From Paramoeba atlantica (taxonomy: Eukaryota; Protista; Discosea): a DNA stretch of 64,000 nt. Where the stretch lies: the NCBI GenBank assembly GCA_977017575.1, contig CDRNVI010000021.1:1-64000 (forward strand), written 5' to 3'. This document shows positions 21,216-31,586 of the stretch, one piece after another; within the stretch, counting starts at the first letter, position 1, and every line of letters begins with the position of its first letter. The notes beneath the pieces were generated by a model. That model was not told the origin of the DNA. It saw only the letters and a program-made list of their open reading frames with translations, and did no database searches. The position numbers and the translations under genes were made by a program.

Positions 21216-23935
21216 AAAAGCCCCACCCTAACGGCCAGTGTTATTATATTCAAGGGGAAAAGTGTGTCGAATATGCAAGTTGCAAAGAAAAGGAGGAGGG
21301 AGAGAAGGTTACAAACGGAAAAGCAGACGGTGAATGTACCAAGTGCAGGCGACTTGAAAGGGAGATTGATAAGATCTGGGAGTTTGTACGGAGGAATGTT
21401 AAGTGTGGATACTACGCCAGTAAGGATGAAGTTGATGAAGTTATTAATGGGAATTACTCACGTGACGGAAGAGGTCCGTGTAGCACTAGATGGGATGTCC
21501 GAGATGTGGAGCAACGCAACCTGGAAAAGCAGGGCGAGGTTGTGGGAAAGACTAACCGCCTTTTGCAATTGGAAGGCAATCGAAATTACCGCGATACATG
21601 CAGTAACTTTTGTGGCGACGATGAACATCAGAGTACAGGGCAAGCTCACGTACGCACGCAGCCTCGCTTCTATATTAAGCCTCGCAGGCCTGGAAACGAA
21701 TCCTCTAAAATTTTATGTAAAATCACTGATGGCAGAAGGGGCCACGGAGCCAGTACGCCAGATGGCTCCTTTGACACCCACGTTACTGAACCAGTTATGG
21801 CACCATCTCCCATGCAGCGAAAGACATACCTTGATGCTTTGTTGGAAAGCAGCCAGCCGGTGGACAGAGACTGCAAGTTTGACGAAGGAACAATTTCGCG
21901 AATTAACGCCGTTAAGAATAGTGATTTGGTGGGGGCGAAAAACAAAGACTTCCAGGTTCAACCCATACCGACCCTCCATGTACACGGTGATCGAGGGCCC
22001 CGGAACCGCTACCCTTCACGCGTACATCAGTCAGTTGGGACAGCACCAGCCAATGTCCAGATCAACGGTGACGGAGGTCGACGCCCGCATTCGAGAGCGG
22101 TTAGGGGCGGGGTACGGCACGCATTCGGCGAAGAGGGGCGCAATCACACACCTTTTCACAGAGGTAGCCAACGGGACAATCCGACTCGACGAGGTGCAAC
22201 ATCTCGCAAAGCACCAATCCCTGGAGTCCCTCCTGCGGTACAATGCGGACCCAGTCACTACCGCCTTGGCGCTTGGTACCCAGAAGGCCACGTCAAAACT
22301 ACAGATACTGTGAGCCCCGAGGTTATTTTTAGCAAGTTTTTGGAAGATATACCACACGAGAAGGTAAAGCACACAATAACGAGATCGAGGAGGACCTCTA
22401 AGGTGGCACAGGAGGGGGATTGGAAGTTGCCCTTGCATGTGAAGCTAAATATTCCACAGATGGAGGTCGAGCGACTTAAACTGTTAATGAACCAAAAAGC
22501 ACGTGAGCGCTTCCAGGAGACATGGAAAATTTTAACTCGGTTACCAAACACTCCGAGTAAAACACCGGCGTGTAAATCATTATTGCACGACAAGGATATA
22601 ACCCAGCTGGTGGACGCAGGATTTGTGTCACACGTCAACACAGAGGAAGCACAGCGTCGCCCAACGATGGAATGGGTGATACCATTCACGGTTGTCGAGC
22701 CTGCTGACGACGAGACAGAACGCCGGCGGTTTATAGCATGGACCCGGGATGACAACGCGCGGATTAAGGAGGTTTATGAGCCACAAGTACCGGTAAAACA
22801 TGCAGCCTATTATCTCCATCGAGCCCGACAGGACTCGGCGGTAAAGCGTGATCTGGCATGCGGTTTTTTTCAGGTCGCGATTCCATCCGAAAGTAGGGCG
22901 AAGTTCAGATTTTTGGACCGCAGTGGGCAAGTATATGAAATGAATGTGATGCCGATGGGACACCGGTGTGCCCCTGAGTTGATGCACTCGTTAACCGCGA
23001 CAATAGCGGGAGATCCAGCTTACTGTAATAAGAAATCGGCGTTTGCCCACAATGGTCTGGATGTGTATATCGACGGCATTCGTTACGCTTCTAGTGACAA
23101 AAATACACAGGAATATGCCGCGTTTATAGATCGACGGGCGCAGCAAGTTAACGCCCGTTTTAAGGAGCTTGGGGTGCCACCTTTGCAGAACTACACATTC
23201 AATGGAGTCAATTATCACCACCGATCAGGGAAAGTTGCATTGGGACCCAAGATAACGCGAAGACTTCAGAATGATAACTACATGCATACCACATACTCTG
23301 GGCTGGAGGCCGGTGTTGGGAGGCTCATTTTTGCTTCGGCAATCATGGGCATACCGATTCCCCAATATCATCTATTCTTGAAAATTGTCCGACGACGAAT
23401 CAATCATTTAAATCGCGATCCTTGCCTATTGGATACTGTCGTACCTTTACCATTACGAGTGCGAGTGAAGTTGACCGAGTGGCGCGATTCCTTGATCTAT
23501 TGTTCTCCAGTGGACCCGGTCCGACACCCTGATACAGTACCACATCAGCACGTTCTATTTACCGATGCGTCGTCCACCGGGTGGGGGGCGGTGCTTTACC
23601 TCGACTATGGGAAAGTTTTATGTACCGGAGCCTCCTGGCCGGAGGGTTTCAAGTACGAAGTGAATCGAGCCGAAGCTCGGGCAGTACGTTTGGCGTTTGA
23701 GAAGTACGGGCATCACTTTCAGCGAGATACATGCGTAGATTTATTTGTTGACAATACATCCTGTTTAGCAGCGATCAATAGGAAAGTGTCAGGATCTGAT
23801 GGCATTACTTCGGAGTTGTATGGTTTGTTGAAATATTTGAATCGTCAAGGAATTGCAGTACAGGCAGAATATATTGCATCAAAAGAAAATCCTGCAGATC
23901 CATATAGCAGAATGTGTGAAGAGAAAAAGCATTGA
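21113..23935 (+). CDS. RT-RNase H ORF3 (copy 2)
   Basis: Same motifs as copy 1; one visible amino-acid difference (KFNE vs KFDE). Confidence 0.9.
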   Translation: MFWVPFTRSCMEKLSKAGFSFAGGWPCREQQELMKKPHPNGQCYYIQGEKCVEYASCKEKEEGEKVTNGKADGECTKCRRLEREIDKIWEFVRRNVKCGYYASKDEVDEVINGNYSRDGRGPCSTRWDVRDVEQRNLEKQGEVVGKTNRLLQLEGNRNYRDTCSNFCGDDEHQSTGQAHVRTQPRFYIKPRRPGNESSKILCKITDGRRGHGASTPDGSFDTHVTEPVMAPSPMQRKTYLDALLESSQPVDRDCKFDEGTISRINAVKNSDLVGAKNKDFQVQPIPTLHVHGDRGPRNRYPSRVHQSVGTAPANVQINGDGGRRPHSRAVRGGVRHAFGEEGRNHTPFHRGSQRDNPTRRGATSRKAPIPGVPPAVQCGPSHYRLGAWYPEGHVKTTDTVSPEVIFSKFLEDIPHEKVKHTITRSRRTSKVAQEGDWKLPLHVKLNIPQMEVERLKLLMNQKARERFQETWKILTRLPNTPSKTPACKSLLHDKDITQLVDAGFVSHVNTEEAQRRPTMEWVIPFTVVEPADDETERRRFIAWTRDDNARIKEVYEPQVPVKHAAYYLHRARQDSAVKRDLACGFFQVAIPSESRAKFRFLDRSGQVYEMNVMPMGHRCAPELMHSLTATIAGDPAYCNKKSAFAHNGLDVYIDGIRYASSDKNTQEYAAFIDRRAQQVNARFKELGVPPLQNYTFNGVNYHHRSGKVALGPKITRRLQNDNYMHTTYSGLEAGVGRLIFASAIMGIPIPQYHLFLKIVRRRINHLNRDPCLLDTVVPLPLRVRVKLTEWRDSLIYCSPVDPVRHPDTVPHQHVLFTDASSTGWGAVLYLDYGKVLCTGASWPEGFKYEVNRAEARAVRLAFEKYGHHFQRDTCVDLFVDNTSCLAAINRKVSGSDGITSELYGLLKYLNRQGIAVQAEYIASKENPADPYSRMCEEKKH
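21264..22313 (+). CDS. Tyrosine recombinase (copy 2)
   Basis: Same R / HSAKR / H..Y motifs as copy 1. Confidence 0.9.
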   Translation: MSNMQVAKKRRRERRLQTEKQTVNVPSAGDLKGRLIRSGSLYGGMLSVDTTPVRMKLMKLLMGITHVTEEVRVALDGMSEMWSNATWKSRARLWERLTAFCNWKAIEITAIHAVTFVATMNIRVQGKLTYARSLASILSLAGLETNPLKFYVKSLMAEGATEPVRQMAPLTPTLLNQLWHHLPCSERHTLMLCWKAASRWTETASLTKEQFRELTPLRIVIWWGRKTKTSRFNPYRPSMYTVIEGPGTATLHAYISQLGQHQPMSRSTVTEVDARIRERLGAGYGTHSAKRGAITHLFTEVANGTIRLDEVQHLAKHQSLESLLRYNADPVTTALALGTQKATSKLQIL

Positions 23936-25476
23936 TACAATCAATAACCAGGAAGAACGGATATTCGAGCGATTTTGATATGTATGGGATGTATGTTGAT
24001 GTGAGGATTGGGCAATGTGTGAGTGAGAGTACGAGGTGATGAGGGGGGCTCTCAGGTAGTAGGCGACCTGGGGGTTTCGCCACATTACTAGCGTGTGGGT
24101 GATTGTGAGAACTGGCGAGTGGGTGGTCCCCGCCGGGGAACTACCCATTCGCAAGAGAGAGAGAGGTGAAGATTGTTTTGATAAGGACGTCCTTTAGTAC
24201 TATATTCATCAAATAATTTTATTTATAGTAACGTTCAAAACACAGGTATTTGGGTGCCTCGTATTTGATAAATTATATTTAGTGATTACAAATTAATTAT
24301 TTGTTTATTAAAATTATATTCTGATGAGCAATTCTTATAGTTTACGGAAAGAATTGATCAAAGAAGATACTTTTGATTCTGTATGAGATCTGACCGTGGC
24401 CCTACGGGGCACATGATATTTAATATTATGATCTGATTTCAGTGTGACATTGCCCCCTCTGGGGGGAACCATGTATATTTGTAGATTATCAATTATACAG
24501 TACTATACTTTATTATTACACTAGTAGCTTTTCTCTATTTTCGCAAAAGGAAAGTTGCCCCACCCGCCATCCCCCGAACCACTCCCCGCCGGGGAACTAC
24601 CCATTCGCAAGAGAGAGAGAGGTGAAGATTGTTTTGATAAGGACGTCCTTTAGTACTATATTCATCAAATAATTTTATTTATAGTAACGTTCAAAACACA
24701 GGTATTTGGGTGCCTCGTATTTGATAAATTATATTTAGTGATTACAAATTAATTATTTGTTTATTAAAATTATATTCTGATGAGCAATTCTTGGGATAAC
24801 AACAGATTGCTCATGGAAACTGAAAGCCCAGAATAAAAAAAGTTGGATAAAGATAATAGATGAATATAGAAAGAGCACGAAAACCCAAACGTTAAACAAA
24901 GGTAATAAAAAATCATTCTCAAGGAACTAAAACTGTGTGAACGCTAGACCCTGTAATGGATAGGCCTGAAATGCACCCTGAAGATGAGCCCCTAAGGGGA
25001 ACTTCATACCGCTTTTCGGGTTGGGTACCGCTCATCTGCGGCTTGCAACTGACCCATTAAAACGGGGTTAGGGTCAGAATTCGGAGAGATAGGAGCTCTT
25101 TGAAGCCGAAGTTTAGCCCGTTGAAGCTGAGGAGCCAAGGCCACTCGGGGGTATAACACCCTAGAAGACTTGGTCCATTGAAGCTGAGGAGTCTAAACTG
25201 TTGAAGCTGAGACTCAACGCTCCCGAACTATGCCAGCAAGCAGTAGTGGGCGGCTACTCCGGGGGAGGCCACTCTCGGTCCTGCGGAACATACTTATGTA
25301 GTCCTTGGATTTGCATGCTGTCCTTGGATTTGAATGTCTCAACCTGAAAGGGTTAAGATAGTTCAGCGGACAAGGTGGATGAAAATCCACCTTTGAGTGA
25401 TAGCCTCCCCCAAAGCTACCTCGGCTTACTCCGGGGAGGCAACATCCCCAATGGGATAGAAAGCCTAACAACATTC

Positions 25477-25825
25477 AACATGCGGAAATACAGTCGACTA
25501 CAACAATCAGCATCTCCACCACAAAACATGCGGAGGACGGCAGTTTCATCGCTCAGGCCCGGATCTTGCGATCTACTGGAACAGTGGCGTGGTGTTCTAC
25601 GACCTAACTGTGGTGCACGAGCTCGCGCCTTCCCATCGGAATAAAAAGTGTTCCCAACTCGTGCGAGAAGCAAAACATATGTCAATAGTGGCATGATTCC
25701 GGCGGAAGCTTTTGAGTGCCTTCCTGTCTTGTCCTGCGGGTCTTTACATAAGAGCACACGGGGCCTAATTAAATCACTGACGGATGTCTGCCTGTTGGAT
25801 ACCCAAAAAACCGAACAGGCATTCT
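25477..25825 (+). pseudogene. CRE family D fragment, right half (RLE region, small internal deletion)
   Basis: Matches ~47821-48184. Confidence 0.9.
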
Positions 25826-25944
25826 TGTTGATCTTGTTGATTTATCTACTCAGTTTTACGTTTCATGATACGACGGGGCAACTGCCCCATCAGGCGGAGA
25901 CACGTCCAGGTTTTGCGGGGAGTGACGGAAAGGTTGCCTTCTAA

Positions 25945-26276
25945 AAGCGAAGTTCTCCCGTTCCGTGCCCGCACCACGTACCAGCAGCAGTGTCTCTCTT
26001 GGAAATCGTTTCGTCCGATTCATATTGAGCAAGCGCTTAGTCTCGAGCGCCCTAAAACCCTTTTCAGCTCGGCTTTCGTTTGCCACAACATGGAACAGAT
26101 GAATAACATTACTGAGGCGAGACAAGGAAGAAGCCAGACGACTGCCCACACTGAGAGTGAAGTACTCCCGTGGAGTGCCCGCGCCACGTACCAGCAGCAG
26201 TGTCTCTCTTGGAAATCGTTTCGTCCGATTCATGTTGAGCAAGAGCTTAGTCTCGATAGAGCTTAGTCTCGATAGT
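25945..26276. repeat. Local imperfect duplication (~90-bp block at ~25965 and ~26177); part of the segment recurs at 29313-29402
   Basis: GTGCCCGC..CACGTACCAGCAGCAGTGTCTCTCTTGGAAATCG..CTTAGTCTCGA occurs twice. Confidence 0.8.
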
Positions 26277-26342
26277 CTTTAACGATAAAGATACAGTTTC
26301 TGTACCTTGTTGTTTTTTTTTTTTTTTTTAATTTTACAATTG

Positions 26343-29012
26343 ATGGGCGTGTTCACGCGCGCCAAGGCTAAAGAAACGGGTGTAGCACCTGTCATTTTGC
26401 CTCTTCCGGATTCCAAGCGCAAGAAGAAACCATCGACGGCCTCCGCTGCGCCCCCCGCTGCGCCCCTCGCTGCGCCCCCCGCTGCGCCCCCCGCTGCGCC
26501 CCCCGCTGCGCCCCCCGCTGCGCCCCCCGCTGCGCCCCCCGCTGCGCCCCCCGCTGCGCCCCCCGCTGCGCCCCCCGCTGCGCCCCCCGCTGCGCCCCCC
26601 GCTGCGCCCCCCGCTGCGCCCCCCGCTGCGTCTCCTGTTGCTCCTCCCGCTGCTTCTCCCGCTGCGCCCCCCGCTGCTCCTCCAGCTGCATCTCCCGCTG
26701 ATGCAGTATCATCTCCGATGCCGGCCCCACGGCCTAGCATGCATACAATTTCTCGAAGAGCGCAAGCGAGGGTTCTGAAAACGCCTACAGTTACGATTCA
26801 GAAACCACTATTTTCGCCACCGCAGTCAGAACAGCGCAACTGCCAGACGTCACGATCTCCGCCGTCACCATCTCCTCTACCACAATCTCCGCCACCTCTT
26901 CCGACACCTCTGCCGCCACCCTCGCGGTCGAATCATGAAATAAAAATCAAAAGTTCCAATCTATCGGCTGACCTGTTCAAACGCTTGATGGAAAATACAA
27001 AATATTTTGTTCCATCGAAGATGGCGCAACGTTTGGCACCACCATCGCCGCAACCTACAGCACTACCGCAACGGTCATCGCCACAGCTTTCACCATCAGT
27101 CGTCGTTCAGCAAAGTTACAACCCATACAGAATTCCCATTTTTGACAGCGACTTCGAAAACCCTGAGGAGTTCCCTCCGATTCAAAATACGGAGAGCATA
27201 AACTACCACGATCCTGGAGACCGAGCTACCGAAGAGAAGCAGAAAGAGCGAACTAGAGATGAAACTGCAGAAACACAGGTACCAAGTCCAGAGTGCATTG
27301 ATGCGCAAAACTTCGTCACGCAACGCGATTTTTTCGACTGCGAATCTCCCATTTCTCCTTCGACCGAAGTATTAGCGAGCGATGCCGCGGTGTCACCCGA
27401 TGACGTTGCCCGTGCAATTCAGCAAGAAATAGACCCGAAGACTCAGTTCCCTATCCCAGCAGATGAAATAAACACCATGTCGTATAATGCAAAACCCGGA
27501 GACCGTTGCATTATCGCTTGGAGCTTTGACTGTACACCGGCGATGAACATTTCTCGTGGAGTGGTCCAGACTTCCCGTAAACGAGGTAATATCAGAAAGC
27601 TGGCTATGGAATACACGGGAGTACTCGGACATAAGGCAGGGGAAATATTTCCTGGACATATCCCTCCGCAAGCCAACGTTCGTGTTTTCAAACTGATGTG
27701 GGACGCCAGCGTGCAACAAGATACGACCCATACCACACAAACTGTCAAATGCCGACACACAGAAGACGATTTGGACCTGGAGCCAATGCCAACTCTGCGC
27801 ACAGTTGCACCGGAGTTTATCCCTTGCGTGATCGCAATCTATAGAGATATAGTACGTGACTATGCCGATAGCGCGTATCCCCAACGCCACCGAATTTGGC
27901 ACAAGCTCCTTTCCGCCATGAAATACTCGTTAACCACGATTCGTAAAGTCACTGTCAAGCGACGTCGACGACGCCCCCTACAATCCATGGAGTCGCAAAC
28001 GCCAACAAACGAAGGAACAGGATCCAGTCCTGATATTAATGTTAGCGATAAGCGGGCCATTAAAAAGGCTACTAGTCTCGTGATGGACGGATGTGTTTCA
28101 AAAGCTACACGCGTTTTAGATCAGGAAATCGTTGCGAAGTCATTGAGCGACGATGACACTCTTGCAAAACTTCGCGATTTACACCCCGATCTGCCGGTAA
28201 ACTTCCAGATTCCACAAGACGCACCTATCACGGCATGCATCACGCCTGATGAGCTTAGAGAAGCCGGTAGACGCATGGCTAAAGGTGCTGCGCCGGGGCC
28301 GACAGGAACGACGGACTTAATTCTACGCATGCTATTAGATGATGAAGTATGTTGCGTCAGCTTAACTCACATGTTCACCGATTTGATAAATGGATCAGTT
28401 TCTGATGAAGTAATGAAGCGACTTAAGCGAGCACGTCTTGTTGGTATCCCGAAACCTGCAGGAGGAATACGACCGATAGCCGTCGGAGAGGTATGGCTGA
28501 AACTCGCCGAATTAGTACTCCTACAACGGCACGAAAAAAAGCTCGCCCCACTATTCTCACCGCATCAATACAGGGTAATGGTCAAATCAGGTTGTGAGCG
28601 TGTCGTACACGAACTGCGCGAAAGGTACATAGAAGGCTGCAACATTCTGTCAATTGATCTTAAAAATGCGTTCAATTCTCCTTCGCGAGATGAAATCGCT
28701 AAAGCAGTCTTCGCCTTCAGCTCCCTACGGCCCTTCTATCGACTATTTTGCGCAGAATACGGAAGCCCATCTGAACTTTTGTTTTATGGAAAAGATGGTA
28801 AACTTTGCAATACAGTCATGAGCGCGGCGGGCGTGCGCCAAGGATCGAACGGGAGAGAGCCATTCAAGATTTCGTGCTTCGTTTGCAAGAACTCCACGGA
28901 TCAGTCATTATCGGTCAGCTCAGACAATTTTTCCTACCGTTGGAAGACGATGAAATGGCTTTCTAGGAAGGCAAGGAATAGCTGCAGAATCCTCACAAAT
29001 CGGGGTGTATGA
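26343..29012 (+). pseudogene. Internally deleted CRE RT ORF (family G) with AAPP-repeat N-terminus
   Basis: The YxDD, thumb and most of the RLE are absent from the ORF. Confidence 0.85.
26443..26700 (+). repeat. 12-bp coding minisatellite (GCGCCCCCCGCT)n encoding AAPP repeats
   Basis: About 15 perfect units followed by degenerate units. Confidence 0.95.
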
Positions 29013-29599
29013 TACGGCGTATGGTAAGTGTTTTTTGGGATACGGGAAGTTTATGCGATACGTGAACATTCGTGATATTTTGGGATACGGGACATATGTG
29101 CGATACTTTCATAATATCTAAAGGAACGAATCTAGAAAGGTTCTCTTTTACGAGCTCAAAAAAAAAAAATTTTTGTAAGACCATCGGTGGTATACTATAA
29201 TCCGGGAACTTGGAACATTACTCAAGATGAGCTTCACTCCGTCCAGGTTCAGATTAATCGAATGCGAAGAGTTGTTTTCGGTGTAAAGAATATTCAATCT
29301 GTCATGATGAAATGGTCTCGAGCGCCCTAAAACCCTTTTCAGCTCGGCTTTCGTTTGCCACAACATGGAACAGATGAATAACATCACTGAGGCGAGACAA
29401 GGAATGAGATTTTCGGCGAAAATAGTACGAGAGAGAAACACGCAGCACGGTGGAATGGAAGAAAAGAAATCGCATTAAGATGCGCAACAAAGGTGAAGGA
29501 GGCTGCAAAAACAGTCTCTAGTTTTTGTAGGGAACGTGAGTTCTGAATTATATATATTTCTTATATTAATTATAAGATATTTCTTTGTAAAAAAAAAAA

Positions 29600-29846
29600 A
29601 TGAAGAAAATGAGAACATAACGTTCTGTAAGGTGGATCTTCGGAACGCCTTTAATAACGTGAGCCGACCCGTCTTCATCTTCCTCACACGAAAGCATTTC
29701 CCTGAACTATCCCCATGGGTAGAATGGTGTTATGCCAATCATAGCTGTCTCACATTCGGCGATGATTTTATCCCCTCGGCAGAAGGAGTGCAACAAGGAG
29801 ACCCTCTGGGCCCACTCCTCTTCTCTTTGGTGTTAGCAGAGGTAAC
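29600..29846 (+). pseudogene. Internal RT fragment of CRE family F bounded by A-tracts
   Basis: Near-identical to ~62937-63183. Confidence 0.92.
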
Positions 29847-29857
29847 AAAAAAAAAAA

Positions 29858-30160
29858 AAAAGGCATTCAAGTTGCTACTCCAAGAGCTGAACGGATCCGA
29901 AGTATACGCACAGCTCCGACATTTTTTGGAGCCTCAAGACTATCAGAAAAGCACTATTCTTTAAGAAATCAAAAGTACAGAAAAGATACAAATTGGAATT
30001 ATAAAGTCTGCGAAGAGATAGACAAAAATCAGTACTAAAAGTTTATGTAAACTTGAGAAAGTAAAAAAAAAAAAAGTATATAAGTTTACGATAAGAAATT
30101 TAGGAGACTTTATTTTGTAATAGGCAAAGCGTCGCAAAAAAAAAAAAAAAAAAAAAAAAT
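29858..30160 (+). pseudogene. 3' end of CRE family D with UTR and poly(A)
   Basis: Identical to ~48177-48443. Confidence 0.92.
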
Positions 30161-30235
30161 ATACTACGATTTCACCATCGTCCACGAGCTATCGCAATCA
30201 AATGTTGGACGTAGCACCGCTAAAAAAAAAAAAAA

Positions 30236-30780
30236 TGCTACCACATGGCGTGGAATCCCACTCAGTGTAGACGAAGAAGAAGAAGAAGGGAAAAGTATTA
30301 CCGTAAGTTATCTTTCTGGAAACTACAAGTTGCCGAATCCTAAAGTCAACTACACACGTATTGAAATTGTTCAAAGTGAACCAGCGATGCCTGATCGGTT
30401 AGAGCAAGCTGTTGACAACACCGAATCAACTCCAAATGATCAAGATGACTTTAAGATTAGAGATGTTCGGACTTGGAACAAATATTTAATGACAAACAGC
30501 GAATTTGGTGTTGATTTCTTGATTATACGCGTACAAACTGCTCTAGCGCTGCCTTCGCAGTTGCCAAACAATTTGCGTCCAATGTGGGAAGTGCTTGTAG
30601 AGTGGATGAACGACATGAAAGGAAGAGGCGGAATCGACCAGGAAAACGTGCCCCAAGTCCGGACTGGACAACGTGCTCTCGACGACCTTCGTATGCAACA
30701 AGGAGTTTATCGTGGTGCGGACCCCAATTACCTCCGAATGATTTATCAAGCTCAAAACGATCCGGAAGACGTCATTGGAA
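30236..30780 (+). pseudogene. Fragment of a gag/ORF1-like gene distantly related to the VIPER gag
   Basis: DVRTWNKYL..LVEW..GQRALDDLR..GADPNYL..ND resembles EPWIM..CKW..GRAIIQSLR..VDVELV..ND of ORF 20001-21215 (by-eye alignment). Confidence 0.5.
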
Positions 30781-30880
30781 ATGGATTTTACAGTGGTTCA
30801 CACGTGCTGTACTAGCTATGCCAAACAAACCAGCTCTGCCCTCATGCAACAGGTCGCCGACAGAAAGACAACTTTCCAAA
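30781..30880 (+). pseudogene. Short RLE fragment of an H-related CRE family
   Basis: DFTVVHTCCTSYAKQTSSALMQQVADRK vs DFTVVHTCCTSYVKQTSNALLQQAIDRK in ORF 31479-35123. Confidence 0.8.
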
Positions 30881-31443
30881 TAAATCCAAATCACTCCGGA
30901 TTGCTCCGGATGGTCACTGGCAAGCCAGACCCTTCACAGACAGATTTGGAGGTTCCGAGGCCGACGTCCTCTACCAGTTTCCGCTTGTCCAAGGTGGCAC
31001 CAACGTGCTGTTGCCAACACGCTGCGTCGACGAACTGTACGTCAACACGGCTTACCCATCAGAGGTGTAAGCCGGGTGAGGGAGCTGGTTCCCTGAGGGG
31101 AGGGTCCGGGACGGTCCTCCGAGTACTGGGCCTAGTCGGTTCTCAGCCCAGCCTCTTAGAGTGAGGCCGCCAGGAATATTGCGATGAGCGGGTTTGAACT
31201 CGCCATCTGAGCACCATGTGCTTCAAACTTTGAATTCTTGCCACTCCGCCACCTCCGCCTCAAAGCAGCCACCTCCGCCTCAAAGACAACTTTATAAGAC
31301 TTTATAAGACAACTCACCGTCGAAATCACGTCTGTGTCACGTTTACTTTCTTATTGTATGAAGGACGTGATTCCAGCTCTTTCGGCACCGTTATCACGTA
31401 CGGGTACATAAACCAGAGGCCTCACTTGAGCTAGCGCAAAAAT

Positions 31444-31583
31444 TTGACCACGAGATCAAGAATGTCGTCACATCGTGGTTGGGACCTCTGAGTCCAGAGC
31501 AAGAAATGATAGCAAGACTACCTTTAAAGAAAGGTGGATTGGGTATTCCAGCAACAGAACCCTTGCGGAACGCTGCGTACACT
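31444..31583 (+). pseudogene. CRE thumb-region fragment of another family
   Basis: DHEIKNVVTSWLGPL..ARLPLKKGGLG..AAY vs family D DSEIENVLQTWMGPL..ARLPLKKGGLG..AAAY. Confidence 0.8.
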
Positions 31584-31586
31584 TAC

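Larger units (their letters stand above)
19781..24792 (+). mobile_element. VIPER/Ngaro-like YR retrotransposon copy 2, apparently complete (5.0 kb)
   Basis: A1 19781-20002, B1 24127-24334, A2 24335-24556, B2 24583-24790. Order gag-YR-RT/RH, as in kinetoplastid VIPER. A TT core is shared by both flanks. Confidence 0.96.
14545..25476 (+). mobile_element. 5'-truncated APE-type LINE (RT C-terminal half and 3' UTR) with a 13-bp TSD, interrupted by two YR retrotransposons
   Basis: Splicing 14545-14610 + 18826-19782 + 24793-25476 gives ELIRALYNTTTASVMLNDGTKS|ESFEIPGGLKQGCP..YADDL..FSYLG..ALERV|GITTDCSWKLKAQNKKSW..RN*. One frameshift near 19160. TSD at 14532-14544 / 25477-25489. Confidence 0.9.
26277..29170 (+). 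mobile_element. SL-headed CRE family G element with internal deletion (RT motif QG joined to the final RLE helix) and poly(A)
   Basis: SL 26277-26312; ATG 26343; RT motifs GAAPGP, RPIAVGE, DLKNAFN, GVRQGS; then LQELHGSVIIGQLRQF (CRE C-terminus); A-tract 29157-29170. Confidence 0.85.

Noticed and set aside
21113-22313. N-terminal 390 aa of the 940-aa ORF as a folded domain
   Set aside because: It is the -1 reading of the YR gene, with no recognisable motifs; at most a linker.
14611-24792. The two VIPER copies as an assembly duplication or a tandem repeat
   Set aside because: They have different, LINE-colinear flanks, private SNPs and a copy-specific deletion.
24960-25010. Hammerhead ribozyme (CTGAAGATGAG..) in the LINE 3' UTR
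   Set aside because: There is no GAAA core or cleavage triplet in the right geometry.
25394-25470. HDV-like ribozyme at the LINE 3' end
   Set aside because: Hairpins are present, but P3 is not followed directly by P1 and there is no catalytic C in the would-be J4/2.
26279-26740. Antisense GAAG-repeat ORF and the QRGA-repeat ORF (26392-26730)
   Set aside because: These are alternative readings of the 12-bp AAPP minisatellite.
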